A stretch of 64,000 nucleotides of DNA from Hyphochytrium catenoides (GCA_900088475.1 FLMG01000261.1:1-64000), one strand, 5' to 3'. Positions 36,735-50,200 are shown, numbered from the stretch's first letter. Numbers and translations are program-made. The notes: generated by a model from the letters alone, not told the origin.

Positions 36735-39435
36735 CTATCCCTTGACGCCATATTCTTGATTATAGTGCTCATACTGCGAGAGCGAGGCCGGTGCAACGCT
36801 TGGTCTAATGCGTTGTAAGGAGAGAGAAAAGTCTTGACGGGAAATTGGGCGCAGATCCTCGACTCTGACGCTCTGAATGTCTTTCACCTCGCGCACAGGC
36901 CCCAGGGCGGCATCGCGGCACAAAGCTTTCAGATCACTGCCAGAGAAACTGAAGATCGAGTATTAGAACGCCAGCGTCACGGGATGTGCAAGGGCAGGTT
37001 ATGAGCTCGAGAGAGAGAACTGTTCAGGTCCCAACTTTCTTAGCTGTATACTTGCTTTATAAGCTGCACTCACCCTTCTGTCTGCTTCAGAAGCCACTTC
37101 ATACTTAGAGATTTTAGGTCTCTGTGAGGAAGAATTTTCTCGATAAGCGCTTGCCTTGCAGCCTCGTCAGGAAGGGGAACTAGTCACGTTAACGCCAACA
37201 AAGAGAGATGCGTTAGCCAACAGCAAGCAAGTACTGCCAGAGCGCTAATTCAGAAAAAAATAAGAAAGCAAGCACATCTAAAAGACTTACAACTAGCGTC
37301 ATTTGCAGCAGAGGGGAAGAGAGGAAGAGCCAGCCTCCTCGAGAGCAGGAGAAAGAGCGAAAATGCAAGTTGGGCAACAAGAAGCACTGAGCTTAGGTGC
37401 CGACTCACTATAAACTCGCGTAGAGAGCCTTCTTAACACGGCGGGATCAAGCTCCCAGGGTCTATTGGTTGCTCCCAGGACCAGCACTCGCTCCTATGGA
37501 TAGCCATTAGCAAGAAAAGCGAGGTGTAGGGAAGAGAAGCCCATACACACAGAGGCAATACGCTTGTTTGATATCTACGGCTACTATGAAAGGGGACTGG
37601 AACGGATGGCAAATTAAGAAGAGCAATCAACCAGCAGACATGGATAGCAATTGACAGCGCGTCCCTACCTCGCCATTTGTTCCTACACCATCCAGCTGTA
37701 CTAGGAACTATGGGCAGAACAGTGAGGGGCATTAGATTCAGCCAGCGAACGAGAAGCGGTTATTCACCCAACGGACCAGAAGTCGGGACACAATGGAACC
37801 TTAGGGACCAGAGTGGCCGGTAGATGGACAGGCACATAGACTTGAAGATACATGCTTACCTCAGTCTTTATTCTCCTGCTAGCTCCGTCTTCTCCTTCAC
37901 TTCTGGCAGACAAAAGAGCATCAATCTCATCGATGAAGATTACGGCTGGTTGGAGCTCACGGGCCAGCTCAAAAAGAGCGCGTACTAGCTTCTCCCCCTC
38001 GCCAACCCACTTGGAGGTTATAGATGACGCAGATATGCTATAGGAGCGTAACAACCCCATGAGCATGACAGTATTAGCATAAAACACTGGCAGTGCAGTG
38101 CAAGAATCTTCTGACCTGAAGAAGGTGGCTTGGGCTTGTGAGGCAATGGCCTTCGCCAAGTGGGTCTTTCCTGGAAGAATAAGAGGATGAGCATTGGGGA
38201 CAATGAAAGACGCGTCATAGAAATGAAAGTGAAGGCGGAGGTGGAGCGCTATTCCAGGGCAACCGTAAGGTCAGTTGCCTAAGAAACATGAGAATAGGCT
38301 ACGAGAGAGAACGGACTGCAGCAAATGCATATTCTGTGAACATTCAGCAACCAGAGAGGATGTGAAGTATGGACCTGTGCCTGGAGGACCGAAGAAAAGC
38401 ACGCCCTTAGGAGGCGCCCGTAAACCCGTAAAGATATCAGGCCGGAGCATTGGCAGGATGACAGCTTCCTGTTGACCACACACAGACAGCTATCAGCCAC
38501 ATGCAACTCGTCAAGAGGCTCATGAGCTTTGCAGTCGAATGGCGAAGGAAACTAGCATATTTACCAGATAGGCAAGGAAAAATCTAAGTGTATGTTTCCC
38601 AGGTCTTACCTTCACGATCTGCTTGGCTACCTCTAGACCCGCCACATCCTCCCAGGCCACTCCTGGAGAGGAGTCCAGGACTTCGTCAAGGATTCGGTGC
38701 TTCAGCTCGGCGTCCGCGGTTAACCTTCGTTGAGAGGAAGAGGATGGAGCCAAGTGTGTCCTCCTGTCCTGCAGCCTTTGAAGGCTTACAGGCTGCATGG
38801 GAGGCGGAGCACGCACAGTATCGGCGCGGCACATCTAGACAAGGTTGGAAAGCGCATAAATGCAGTGGAAAGGAAGTGACTGAGAAACAATAATGCTGGA
38901 CGACTTCGCGGGCAGACGGTTATCATAGGAAGCTTCATATAGACGGAAAGGCAAGAGAAGGGAGAGTCAAAAGTCGAAGGGCTTCTCGGTTCTATAGAGA
39001 GGGGAATGGGATCGCGGAGCTCATTACCTTCCGCAAGATCTCTGCTCGCGTTAAGTACTCGTCCGCCTTTCTTCTCAGCGCTGTTTGGATTCTGGGCTCT
39101 CTTTGGTCTGGAACGGCCAGAAAGTCGAGATTGGTTGACATAGCAGTGAAGAGGAAGAGACAAGGCATTAGTTCAGGATCAAAAGCCGCAATCGGCGAGA
39201 GACGGAGAGGAGGCCCCGAGAGAGGAGAGACGGGGAGAGGGAGTAAGAGAGAGAGCAAGAGGACGAGGAAGAGAGCGAGAGACGTAGGGTTACCTTTCAG
39301 CTCCTGCAGCAGAAGCTCCGTTGCCTCCATGTACAGGCCCACGGCCCGCTGCAGCTCTCCCTTCGTGTCTGCTTCCACAGCCTTCAGTGCCACTGACTGG
39401 GCTGCGGAAAGATGCTGGGATGGCCGGCGAATCAT
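36735..39435 (-). CDS. SPAST: Spastin/fidgetin-family microtubule-severing AAA ATPase with an N-terminal MIT domain
   Basis: MIT ([30 protein letters not shown]), [89 protein letters not shown], Vps4_C-like end YNQEYG. Confidence 0.88.
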
Positions 39436-40095
39436 AATTCTTCCGCCCTCTCTGGGCTTCGATATACTTGGACGCCTTCTTCTACTTCTCTCTCCTTCTC
39501 TGCTCCGCTCTCTTTCTCTCTCTCTTCTCCCAGCTCTCCCAGGTGGGGAGGGCGGGGCTTTCCGCGCAACTCTTCTAACTTCACACATTCAACGTCAATG
39601 AATAGTCGTCTCTATCTCCTTGTACTGGGTGGGCCTCTGCAGCTTCATGAGTAATTATGAATGATGAGCGCATTCTGCCCGTTCCCTGATGGATTGTCCG
39701 CTTATAAAGAGCAGTGGTGGAGAAGAGAGAGAGGGACTGGGGTGGAGAAGAGGAGATAGAAGACAGACAGAGACTTAGAAGGGCAGGGTCAAAGTAAATC
39801 TAGAGAGGAACTGATGAAAGAACTGCCACGGAGAAGGATGGAAGAAGGACCGACAAACTCTCGGAGCGACATGAAACTTTTGGTGGGAAGTTGAGGAGGA
39901 AAGGAAAGGGAAGAGGCGAGCAGGAGCGGAATGGAGAAAGAAGAGAAGCCAAGAACTGACCTTGAAGAGTAAAGAGACAGAGAAGTAGTAGTGGAGAAAG
40001 GAGGAGTGTCAAAGAGGTCGGACGCGCGGGAAGCACTCAATCGGAGCAAGAAGACCGACAGTAAGTGTATCATCGGATGCTGCTGCCAACAAGTG

Positions 40096-40131
<36 letters not shown>

Positions 40132-40327
40132 NNNNNNNNNNNNNNNNNNNNNNNNNNNNNNNNNNNGGACTCTTATCTCATACATTATACACTGCCTAAC
40201 TATAAATTAGCTATATTCCTAGGTGAAATACAAGGTTCAGGCTTAGAAATACGTATATCTATGGACTTCCCAGAGCCCATATCCCTCTTAGATACATCTC
40301 TCTCGAGTCATCTTACTCTTTATCCTC

Positions 40328-40876
40328 TACTCTGTCTCGGTTACTCTGTCTCCGTCTCTCTTCTCCATTTCTCTCTTCATGTCTCTTCTCTCCTCTTCCT
40401 CTCTCCTCCCTGTGAACCAGATCCGCNNNNNNNNNNNNNNNNNNNNNNNNNNNNNNNNNNNNNNNNNNNNNNNNNNNNNNNNNNNNNNNNNNNNNNNNNN
40501 NNNNNNNNNNNNNNNNNNNNNNNNNNNNNNNNNNNNNNNNNNNNNNNNNNNNNNNNNNNNNNNNNNNNNNNNNNNNNNNNNNNNNNNNNNNNNNNNNNNN
40601 NNNNNNNNNNNNNNNNNNNNNNNNNNNNNNNNNNNNNNNNNNNNNNNNNNNNNNNNNNNNNNNNNNNNNNNNNNNNNNNNNNNNNNNNNNNNNNNNNNNN
40701 NNNNNNNNNNNNNNNNNNNNNNNNNNNNNNNNNNNNNNNNNNNNNNNNNNNNNNNNNNNNNNNNNNNNNNNNNNNNNNNNNNNTACTCTGTCTCGGTTAC
40801 TCTGTCTCGGACTCTCTTCTCCCCTCTCTCTCTTCATTTCTCTTCTCTCCTCTTCCTCTCTCCTCCCTGTGAACCA
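40328..40876 (+). repeat. About 95-bp imperfect direct repeat flanking an assembly gap
   Basis: tactctgtctcggttactctgtctc...ctcctccctgtgaacca occurs at 40328 and 40784 with several differences. Confidence 0.8.
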
Positions 40877-40905
40877 CATCTTCCTCCCTCTCGGACTCCC
40901 TTCTG

Positions 40906-42619
40906 ATGTTTGCTCCTCCCACTGCAGTCGACGATGTGCTGTTGAAGAAGCCAAAGATTGAAGGAAAAGCTGTACCTGTCTCTCCCTCCTTGACCACTCC
41001 TCGTCTCTTCTTTTCACTGTCTCCGCCTNNNNNNNNNNNNNNNNNNNNNNNNNNNNNNNNNNNNNNNNNNNNNNNNNNNNNNNNTCAGCAGCTGGTACCA
41101 GCGCCACAGGGTGAGACCCGACTCGTGTCATAGAGTCACAAGACCGTACATCACTGGGTCATCATCATCGACGGGACAGCGCACGAACAGGAAGAGGAAG
41201 CGAGCAGGACTAGCTGAGAATGAGAGACAGGATGAGACCAAGGGAACTAAAGATTCAACGGGGAGCCAGGGCCGGAGGGAAGAGACGCACCTTTATCGAG
41301 GAGAGGAGGAAAGAGAGATTCACTCACTTTGTCAAGCTGCACTCACTTTACTTGGACGACAGCTTCCCTCTGCTGCCTTCAGCTGGTCAAAGAAGAAGGC
41401 CACAGTCTCCTCTTCTTCTATTCTCCCATCAGCAAAGGAGACGATGGCAGACTTTCCGTTCCTGGAGTATCAGTCACTGGCCAAGCTAGCTAGAGGCTTT
41501 ACTCCCTCTTGCAAGGAGTACGAGGAAGAGAGCCAGTCTATCATCAGCATTGATGAGGTCTGTGAGGAGGACATTATGTCAATCTATGGGAGGGTTGTCC
41601 GCTATCATGAGCAAGCAACAGTAGGAGATGAAGCCGAAGGAAGAGGCCAAGAGAGGCAGAAAGACGCACGCGGAAGGGAGGAGAGAGTTCTCAACTTCAC
41701 TGCAGGCTTAAAAGCAGTTATTGCAGCAGAGACAGAGTTTCTTTGGTCTGATGTCTTCGATGCCGTCTCAGTTCTACAGACACAAGGCCGAAAGTTCTCA
41801 GTTATCTCGTTAGACCCGCCTTGGAAGAACAAAAGCGCACAGAGAGGAGAGAAGTATCCGACATTCTCCTGCCGCTCTCTCCTCTCTCTTCCTCTCAATA
41901 AGTTGGCAGAACCTGCGGGTTGTCTTTTCCTCGTCTGGGTGACCAATTATTGGCCCTTTACCAAGTTCGTGAAGGAAGAACTCTTCCCTTCTTGGGGCGT
42001 CGAATATTTAACGACATGGCTCTGGCTTAAGGTGACAGAGGGAGGAGAGCCTGTGGGGGACCTCTCTTTGTCCTCGTCCTCTTCTCGGAAGCCTTACGAA
42101 AAGCTCCTAGTAGGAATGTCTCCGAGTCAGGTAGCACATGGTAAGCGAGGTGACGCAAAGAGAGAGAGATCGACGGAGAGAGAGGGGTCCAGTCAAGAGA
42201 AAGGTTCGATGGATGCTGTTCAAGGTCTTAGAGACAGGATAATCAGCATGAAGCGGCACATCATTATTAGCTCTCCTCTTCGGCACTCCTGGAAGCCTCC
42301 TATAGACATGTTGTTGCAAGCAAGCCTTCCAACGTCATCCTGTGCCGTCTTATCGTGCACAGAAAATAAAGAGGAGCCACTGCTGTCGTCTAAGCTAGAG
42401 TTATTTGCCCGTGATCTGAAGCCAGGCTGGACCAGTGTTGGCAATGAAGTCCTGAAGTTTCAGCAGCCGCTTTACTTAGAGGCTATGCCTCTGACCAAAG
42501 AGCCCAAGAAACGAACAGGAAACGAGGACACCTTCCCAGCTCTGACAACCGTGAAAGGTATGTTGTTGAGAGGAGAAGACAAAGTAAGAGAGACACCAAT
42601 AGCTGCAGTAAGAGACTAA
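40906..42619 (+). CDS. METTL4: MT-A70 family N6-adenine methyltransferase, METTL4-like
   Basis: Catalytic DPPW followed by KNKS, LVWVTN, WGV..TWLWLKVT, RKPYEKLLVG, HSWKPP, LELFARDL.PGWTSVGNEVLKFQ. Long uninterrupted ORF 41111-42619; the start is uncertain because of an N gap. Confidence 0.9.
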
Positions 42620-42768
42620 GACGACCTCACTATCCGCCATACGAGGGAGAAGTCAGGAACTACCTTTTTACAATATTTCAATCTATTATATAGAGTAGAA
42701 AGCAGTCACAAGGGGCTATACATGCGTGCTTGCACCGAGGAGTTTGCTAGAAGTTACTGAGCGTGGCA

Positions 42769-44868
42769 CTAGAGGACAGAAACCTGTTGATAAGAAGGAG
42801 ACCCTGAAGCTAGGCGGACCACCCGATGAGGAGGGCGAACATCCGTCTCTACATCTTGGCGAAGGCAGCTGTCCTTTTCTTCCTCCATTGACTTGGTGTC
42901 GGCATCATTCCTTTGATCATCCCGAAGAGTAAGGCACGACTTAAAGAGGGAAGAGTCATATGTTCGAGTAGCTGCACGTTTCCCTTGTGAGAATATAGGG
43001 CCGCAAAGGCCAGCACCGTCCTTAGCCTCACCATCAAAGCGACTGAAGGCCCTCTGCACTTCTGAGACAGAGAAAGAGTCGTGGCCCTCAAGCCCCGACA
43101 GGTGAAGCAACTCTTTAAAGTCTTCTTCTCCCAAGGGCACCCCTGCATTCGCAAGAGCCAACTTTAGCGTATCGGCACCAACACAACCCGAGTTTCCGGA
43201 CATTCTCTGCAACGCAGGCAAGATACTCTCTCTAACCGTTTTGATCTTGTCCACCACTTTGGAGCGCACAATAGACCCCTGCAGCTGAACACTTGTGCTC
43301 GGCAACGGGCGAGGAAGGGCAGAAGAGCCTGCCCCGCGAGTGGCAGGTTCCGGAGCAAAAAGGGAAGAACGTTGGAAGTGTACGGGGACCCTCCTCCTTT
43401 GGGGACTATTCTCTCTCACCCCTCCACCTCTAAATCGGCGTAAGTGCCAATCTATTGTTTTGTCTATGAGTTGTCTATAGTTGACTCTCTCATTCTCGCT
43501 CGTGCCTACATACTGTACGAGAAGAGAGAACTCACTCTCCTGCAGTGGACATTGCAACCTCTCGAGAGCTTCCCGGACCTGAAGGGGCCCAAGAAGCCCT
43601 GTCCCATCTCTGTCAAACCAGTGAAAAAACAACAAAGCATCCGGACACCTAGGAGGCTGAAGAGCTTGGAAGACTCTTTCCAAGACGTCTGCTTGGAGTT
43701 CTAACTGCTTCGCAGGAGAGAGCTGGGAGGAGAATATGCGGTCAGCAAACGTTGTTATCTGAATGAGTCCCGTTTTTCCTTTGTCATGCTCCTGCATCAG
43801 AGCCCAAAGTTCATCTCTGCTCCAGCTGGAGCCCAGCACGAGCAGTGCACGGTAGAGCTGCTCGTACGTGATATGGCCATCGTGGTCACTATCCCAGTTT
43901 CTCAGCACAGCCCGAAGCCGAGATGGATTAGAATGGACAGTACTTCGCAGCTTCTGCTCTGCGTCCTTCCGTAACTTGTCCTGTCTAGCTGCAGCTGCCC
44001 GTGGAGAAAGGTTTCCGTTTCCTCCGATGCTATGTTGATCCAGCTGCATTAGCCCACCAGCGCTCCATCCCATGGGTGGGGTCGGAGGTTGAGGCTTTAT
44101 CCCCTCTTTGTCAAGATTGATGCCAGAAGGTGAGCTTTGCGTGCTCTGCCTCGCATTGTTGCCGGTGTGATACCGATTCGAAGCCTGTTTGGTCTCCTTT
44201 CTTGTATGGGAAGCACAGGGACCAGGAGTCAATGAGTCTTGCAAGCAGAGCTGGGAGGCCAGATGCCGTAGAGGATGTACAGTATGGAGCTTGGAACTTG
44301 CGTGCCCAGGATCCTGGGAAGAAGACGACGCAAAAGACGTAAGACGCGCCGAGAACTCTGCCTGGTCCACAGGCCCTTCCTCCTCAGCTCCGCACGAAGC
44401 CATGAGAGCGGCAACGTCGTTCTCGCTATATGGGGGGCAGAGGAGAGAAATTAGAGCAGACTTAAGCTGCTTCTTTTCTACTATACCACTCTTGGCCACT
44501 GCTCTAAACAGATCAGAGAGTGATGAAGTGTGATCTTCTAGGCGCTGAAATAACGACCGGCAGAGGTCATTTGGGCTTGAAGTCTCTGGTTTACTAGCTG
44601 ATCTTAAGGCTTTTTGCAGCGATTGATGCTCAGCCAAAAGCATGCGACGGAGGTCAGCGGTAAAAGTTCTGATCGCTGAGCTGTGATCGTGCCTCAGGTG
44701 TTGCTGAACGGTGATCAAGTGGCTCGTAGAAGGCTGTGCACTCTCTTTTAGAGCTTGCATTCTCTCAGTGAGGGTGGGGATACGTTCAAGAGCCTCTAGA
44801 ACGCTTCTCAAGTCCTGCGCTATAGCCGCCATCTCGGAAGTGGTAGCCTTCCCATTCATCGTACTCAT
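42769..44868 (-). CDS. Intronless multi EF-hand domain protein
   Basis: ORF of about 700 aa with EF-like loops DSDHDGHITYEQ, DKGKTGLIQITT and DRDGTGLLGPLQ. Confidence 0.75.
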   Translation of the reverse strand: MSTMNGKATTSEMAAIAQDLRSVLEALERIPTLTERMQALKESAQPSTSHLITVQQHLRHDHSSAIRTFTADLRRMLLAEHQSLQKALRSASKPETSSPNDLCRSLFQRLEDHTSSLSDLFRAVAKSGIVEKKQLKSALISLLCPPYSENDVAALMASCGAEEEGPVDQAEFSARLTSFASSSSQDPGHASSKLHTVHPLRHLASQLCLQDSLTPGPCASHTRKETKQASNRYHTGNNARQSTQSSPSGINLDKEGIKPQPPTPPMGWSAGGLMQLDQHSIGGNGNLSPRAAAARQDKLRKDAEQKLRSTVHSNPSRLRAVLRNWDSDHDGHITYEQLYRALLVLGSSWSRDELWALMQEHDKGKTGLIQITTFADRIFSSQLSPAKQLELQADVLERVFQALQPPRCPDALLFFHWFDRDGTGLLGPLQVREALERLQCPLQESEFSLLVQYVGTSENERVNYRQLIDKTIDWHLRRFRGGGVRENSPQRRRVPVHFQRSSLFAPEPATRGAGSSALPRPLPSTSVQLQGSIVRSKVVDKIKTVRESILPALQRMSGNSGCVGADTLKLALANAGVPLGEEDFKELLHLSGLEGHDSFSVSEVQRAFSRFDGEAKDGAGLCGPIFSQGKRAATRTYDSSLFKSCLTLRDDQRNDADTKSMEEEKDSCLRQDVETDVRPPHRVVRLASGSPSYQQVSVL

Positions 44869-45575
44869 CCTGTGTAACGCTGCTCGATGAGGTTTCACAG
44901 CAAAGATGATAGACTGTCGCACTTCCACTAACAGTGGCTTTCGGGCTTCCTATGATAACATACCAGGCCCTGAGGACAGCGCTGCAGAAAGATATCAGGC
45001 CCCTTTCTTATCCCTTAAGTGTGATGAGCTCATCACGGCCAGCTATTTAGAGCACTAGCGAGGATCCGAGGACTTCAGCTGAGACGACACTGGCTCCGCC
45101 ACCTATGACATGACGCCGCCCACACTGCGTTAACGAGTACCGCGATTGCGTCTGCTTACCGACTTTATGGCGATGCTTCCATCCGCGGCTCAGGGGTTTA
45201 AAAGGCGCTAAGCGGCTGTCTTTCTTCATCTATGGCGTGTACATCTGGGAAGCAGCTGAGCGAATGCCGTCAAACGCCGACTTCCAGGCATTTTCAGAAA
45301 AGTGCAGACCGTTACAAAATCAATAATAGCAAGGGAGGGCAATCGATATGATGATTATCATCAGACTGAACAGTGTGGTTATCAGGGAGCTCGATGCTCC
45401 CTTCTAGTTGAGGGTTGGGAACTGTGAAAGTCCGCTATTGAGGGCCGTGGAGTCCAAGCTAACGAAACACGTAACCTGCGGGAATGCGGAGTTTCTGGGA
45501 TCCCAAGGGTGCGAGAAAGTACACAGACTCCCTTTCCCTCAAGGTGAGCAACCCTCTTTCGTCTTTCCTCGCCTT

Positions 45576-45615
45576 TTCTCTCTCTCTCTCTTCTCTCTCT
45601 CTCTCTTTCTTTCTT

Positions 45616-45655
<40 letters not shown>

Positions 45656-45669
45656 CTCTCTCTCTCTCC
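45576..45669. repeat. (CT)n tract upstream of Rab5
   Basis: Direct observation. Confidence 0.9.
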
Positions 45670-46019
45670 CCAGTTTTGTGTTCGCATCTTCATTATCGGC
45701 AGAGGCGTCAGCTAGTCTCTCCCGACAACTAGTTCTATCATCAGAGCGGCAGTTGTTATAGAAGCTCATAACAGCTCTTTCACCCTGCCAGTCTGTCAAC
45801 TGCATTAGCTCTCTTATTGGATGGGTCAGTCCTCCGGGAGAGAACTTGAGTGCAAGAGGTGCAGACAACATTAAAGAAAGAAGCAACTATCGGGTTTTGC
45901 TTTTGGACTGTAGGCCCTTTGGACAGCCCTTCCACTTCTTAGCGCTGCCGGACAGCTGTCAGAAGACCGAGTAGCCGGTGCGCCCACAAGGCCACCTCTG
46001 GGCAGAAGTGTAGAGCATT

Positions 46020-46948
46020 ATGGCCGCCAGCAAAGTTTGCCATTTCAAGCTCGTCCTCCTTGGGGACACCGCTGTTGGCAAGTCATGTCTGGTGGTTAGG
46101 TTCGTCAGAGATGAGTTCTTTGAGTTTCAGGAACCTACGATAGGAGGTAAGCGATGAATAGTAGCTGGCTTTAATCCCTTCTAAGAGTAACAAAGAAGAA
46201 TCCTGAGAGCTTCTCTTTGTGACCAGCTGCATTCTTGACTCAGACCGTGAGTCTGGACGATGCGACCGTGAAGTTTGAGATATGGGACACTGCCGGCCAA
46301 GGTCAGTACGTTGGTGAGAATGGCTGGCATTATGATAGCTCTTTGTGACACCGTCTTCAATCTGTATATTGTTAGAGCGCTATCGCAGTCTGGCGCCAAT
46401 GTACTATCGAGGGGCTGCTGCGGCAATCGTGGTGTATGACATCACTAACAAGGTAATGCATTCCCCCTTCCTGTCCTACCTGTGCTCTTCGAACTTTCTT
46501 GGCTTATAGGGTGATAGATACACTCACTCTTATGTTGCTCGCTTAGGACTCTTTCCAGGGTGCGAAGTCATGGGTCAAGGAGCTGCAGCGGCGCGGAGAC
46601 CCCAATGTCGTGATCGCACTCGCCGGTAATAAGGCGGATCTTGTGTCAAGGCGGAAGGTAGAATTTGAAGAGGCACATAGCTATGCGGAGGAAAATGGCA
46701 TCCTTCATTTTGAGACCTCAGCCAAGACAGCAGATAACGTGAAGAAGCTCTTTGTTGCAATAGGTAGGCCTGTCGAGCTTCCCAACTGACCATACTCGCT
46801 CCCCACCTCAGGACCAGGCCGCGTGATGCAACTGACATAACTCTTGATGTCTGCAGCGGAGAAGCTTCCCAAGAACCCTCCTCAGCCTGAAAGAGAGGCG
46901 TTTCCTATAACTCCCGCAGCTCAGCCCAAGAAAAGCTCCTGTTGCTAG
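46020..46948 (+). CDS. RAB5: Rab5 small GTPase (5 exons; missed by the ORF track)
   Basis: [42 protein letters not shown]|[14 protein letters not shown]|[17 protein letters not shown]..|..[15 protein letters not shown]..|..KKSSCC-TAG. Confidence 0.98.
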
Positions 46949-47238
46949 CCTTGCCGCAGATGCCAAGTCCAATGGTTTTCCCCTGAACCCCTCGTTGTGC
47001 AGTTTGCGGAGCCTTAGTGGTAACAATACGAAAGAAGCTGCGAAGGAGTAAGGAGAACAGCAGCCTGCTGTCGCTGCGCACTTCCTTTGTCTCTTAGCCC
47101 ATTTTGTTGATACTTTGGCTTTCGTGGTGCAGGGGATAGAGAAGGAGGGTGGGGCTACAATGTAAATGAATGCGTTAAGTGTTACCTTCGAAGACTATTT
47201 TACATTCTGCCTATTTCTGCCCGTCTCTCCTTCATAGA

Positions 47239-50200
47239 CTAATCATCCAGCTGGGTCAACATGGCTACGCCTCGGCCGACCCAGTGTTCTTCAGGGAGGT
47301 CTGATGGTAAACGAATAAAGCAAATGAAGTTCGTAGAATGACCAGTGGTTGAGAGGACACCCCGCCGATCACTATATGACAAGAGGGAACAGGAGATGCG
47401 CTTTAGTGACGACCGAATCAGAGCTTGAACCAGCGAGAAGGTTGCGACAACTGTAACACGCAGGGGAATGATATAGACATTCAGCGCTCTCTTTGAAAGC
47501 GGCCATATTGACGAACGGACAATGAAGAGCTAGCCTCTTTTGCAGCTTACCTTGTTTTATAAAGAGGACAGGTATAGTGCGGGTACTTCCGCACCTCTAC
47601 TTTCTTGACTGGTCGGAGCCACATGAGGGGAGCAGGAGTGAAGAGAACCTTTGGCAGAGACTCTGCTAGAGATCCACTTGTCTTGTCCCAGCGTGCCCCT
47701 TCAAGGAAGAGCCCCCGCACAAACACTCCGTCCTACGGTTAGCACCAGACACTCTGTTAGGCCTCTACATTACATCTTCCCTCTTCTCCGTGATTGTATA
47801 CGGGTTCGGGGGTTTCCTCACCTGAGGTTTATCCTCATAGTTATCCTTTGGCATCATGTCGAAGTCAAACGTCAGGTTATCTGAGAATGAGGGAAAGTGT
47901 TGGAAGGGAAAAAAAATGGTGAGGGTCTATCGCTGGTTCTGCGTGAAGTATCTTCAGCTTCCGACATGGTCACCCGTTTATTCTTACAAGCTTACCTATT
48001 GGGATCGTGTACTTCCTGGCAAAGTTCTGGCTCGCGCCAGTCAGAAACGCCTGAGTAAAGAAGAACCCGGATAGCCAGTAAACGGTTGGAGGCTTATCCT
48101 CTAGCCAGGTCTGGAAAAACTCAAGTCGCACTAGCAAATCGTTGACGTAGCTAGAAGCAGGCTTGAGAGAAGGATAAGATTTAGCCATCCACATGGCTGG
48201 GATTTTACCGAAGAAGAGCGAGTTGCCAAGTTTTTCCAAATCAACGGACATCACGATTAAACCCTTGATGGCCTTTCCTAAGTTCACTAAACTGGACCTG
48301 ATGACACCGAGGAGATTGTTGAAGCGAATGAGCTCCTGACAGAGCACCGTGTTCATCGACTCTTCCCACTGTACAGGATAGCGGATCTGTGCCATCTCCA
48401 TGTCGAAGTTCGCAGGAAGCTTGGCAAGGATGTCTCTAGCAATGCCAGCCGTCACCTCCTCTTGGGACACAGCTCCTTCACCCCCGCCGGATGAGTTTCC
48501 TTGAGTGAGAAGTATGTCAGAAAAGAGACGAGAGGTTTCGTTCTGGTTCTTGGTGATGTTCGCATTGTCATGCAAGCCAAAGACCTCGGGAGGGGCGACC
48601 AAAGGAAGAGTGTTAATTTGACGAAGGTAGGCATCGTGACCTCCGTCCTCAGGCACCTTGTATAAGCCCGAGGAAGACAAGGGTGCGCCCTCATTAAGAA
48701 CAGAGAGGTCATAGAAGCGGTTTAAGATGCTGTGCAAGGTCCGCCTGTCCTTATCGTCAGTCACTCTCCCTCCATAATTGCATTCTCCTGTGCAATAACG
48801 CAGAGCTTTCAGAGGAATCTTTTCGTTCTCGTCCAAAAACATTGCTAGCTGTCTCACACTGATGCGAAGGTCTGACGCATTGAACTCATAAGGAATATTC
48901 CATCCGAGAGGCCCAAACTGTCTCCTCTCTTGCACTACTGCATGGAAGAAACAGAGACCAAAGAGCAGCCTCCGGAACTCCACCCCCTTTGAGCATGACT
49001 CAAAGAAAGATTGATCAGCAATAGGGTCACTTAGGTATGAGCTTAGTAGGTTAGAACGGAGTCCTTTGGGCGGTTCCAGAGTCATCTTCACCCCATTCTG
49101 CAGGACGGAGACAGGAAAGACGTCCGAGGGATAGGTCGTGCACCAAAGCCGGAAATTTGCATGTGTTCCGTCGTTGTTTAACTCCTCGGTAGTCTTTTCC
49201 ATGGTAGACATCCAGGATGGTGCAAGATGGCAGTTCTGGAGTACCACCCATGTGCCATTTGCGCGGGCTTTTTCAATCATTGCCTCAGCAATAGGACCCT
49301 GTCCTTGCCCAAGAGAAATGCTTTCAGTCTTCTGGCCTTGGCTCTCCGCAAACTTCAGGACGGCTGTCATGGGGTCAGCACCCGGTGAGAGGATGAAAAT
49401 GAGTGGCGAGATCTTGGAGCTATCCTGGAAGCAAGAGCCCAAGTCGAAGCTAGGAGGACGGACAAAATCCTCTCCCATTACCGCAACAACATAATTTTGA
49501 ATGCCTAGCATTACTCTGTCGGGTCGGATGCATCGGAGTGGCAGAAGCTTTTGAAAGCCTGTCAAATCTTGGTCCCAGTGCCCTGGCAACTTCTCCATAT
49601 GAGCCTCCGTGCTATCATATATTCTTTTCCATTCCTCTTTCTGCGCCTCAAACTCTTCCTTCAGCATTCTGAAGGCTGGCAGCTCAGAGAGGCGGCAGAA
49701 CTCTCCCCATTGCTTGTCGCTGAGCCATTGTGGAGCAGGATTTGGCGTGGGGTTATCCATGGCCACGCCGCCCGTCAACAAGAAGTACCATTCTCCTTGG
49801 TCAATAAGCTTCCGACCCTTAAGCACACTGATGGTTAGGAGAAAAGAGAATAGAAGCTTGTCCTTCTCTAGTAGGGACCGGGACACGTTCCGGTACAAAG
49901 AGTAAGTGAAGTGGTCATCGAGGATCTTCAGCCTTTTAACTATGTCAGGGCTTTTCTCGCTGAGACGAATGCTGAGGTTGAATAAGTTGATAAACCAACC
50001 CAGCGCGTACTGATATACGGGCTCGATGTTGGCTAACTCCGCGATGCAGAAGAAAAGCACTTGGGAAGAATAGGCCACTGACTTGTAGCCTTGCCGGACC
50101 TCGTCAATCTCCTTCTCGGTGTCTTCGGCGATTTTCTGCTTAGCTTTGATCTCGTCGGACACACTCTTACTCTGGTTCAAAGTGCTAATCGCAGCCTCAT

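Noticed and set aside
45015-45375. Small palindromes gtgatgagctcatcac and tgatgattatcatcag, with a box C-like motif
   Set aside because: Too short, with no supporting box D/guide arrangement; chance level.
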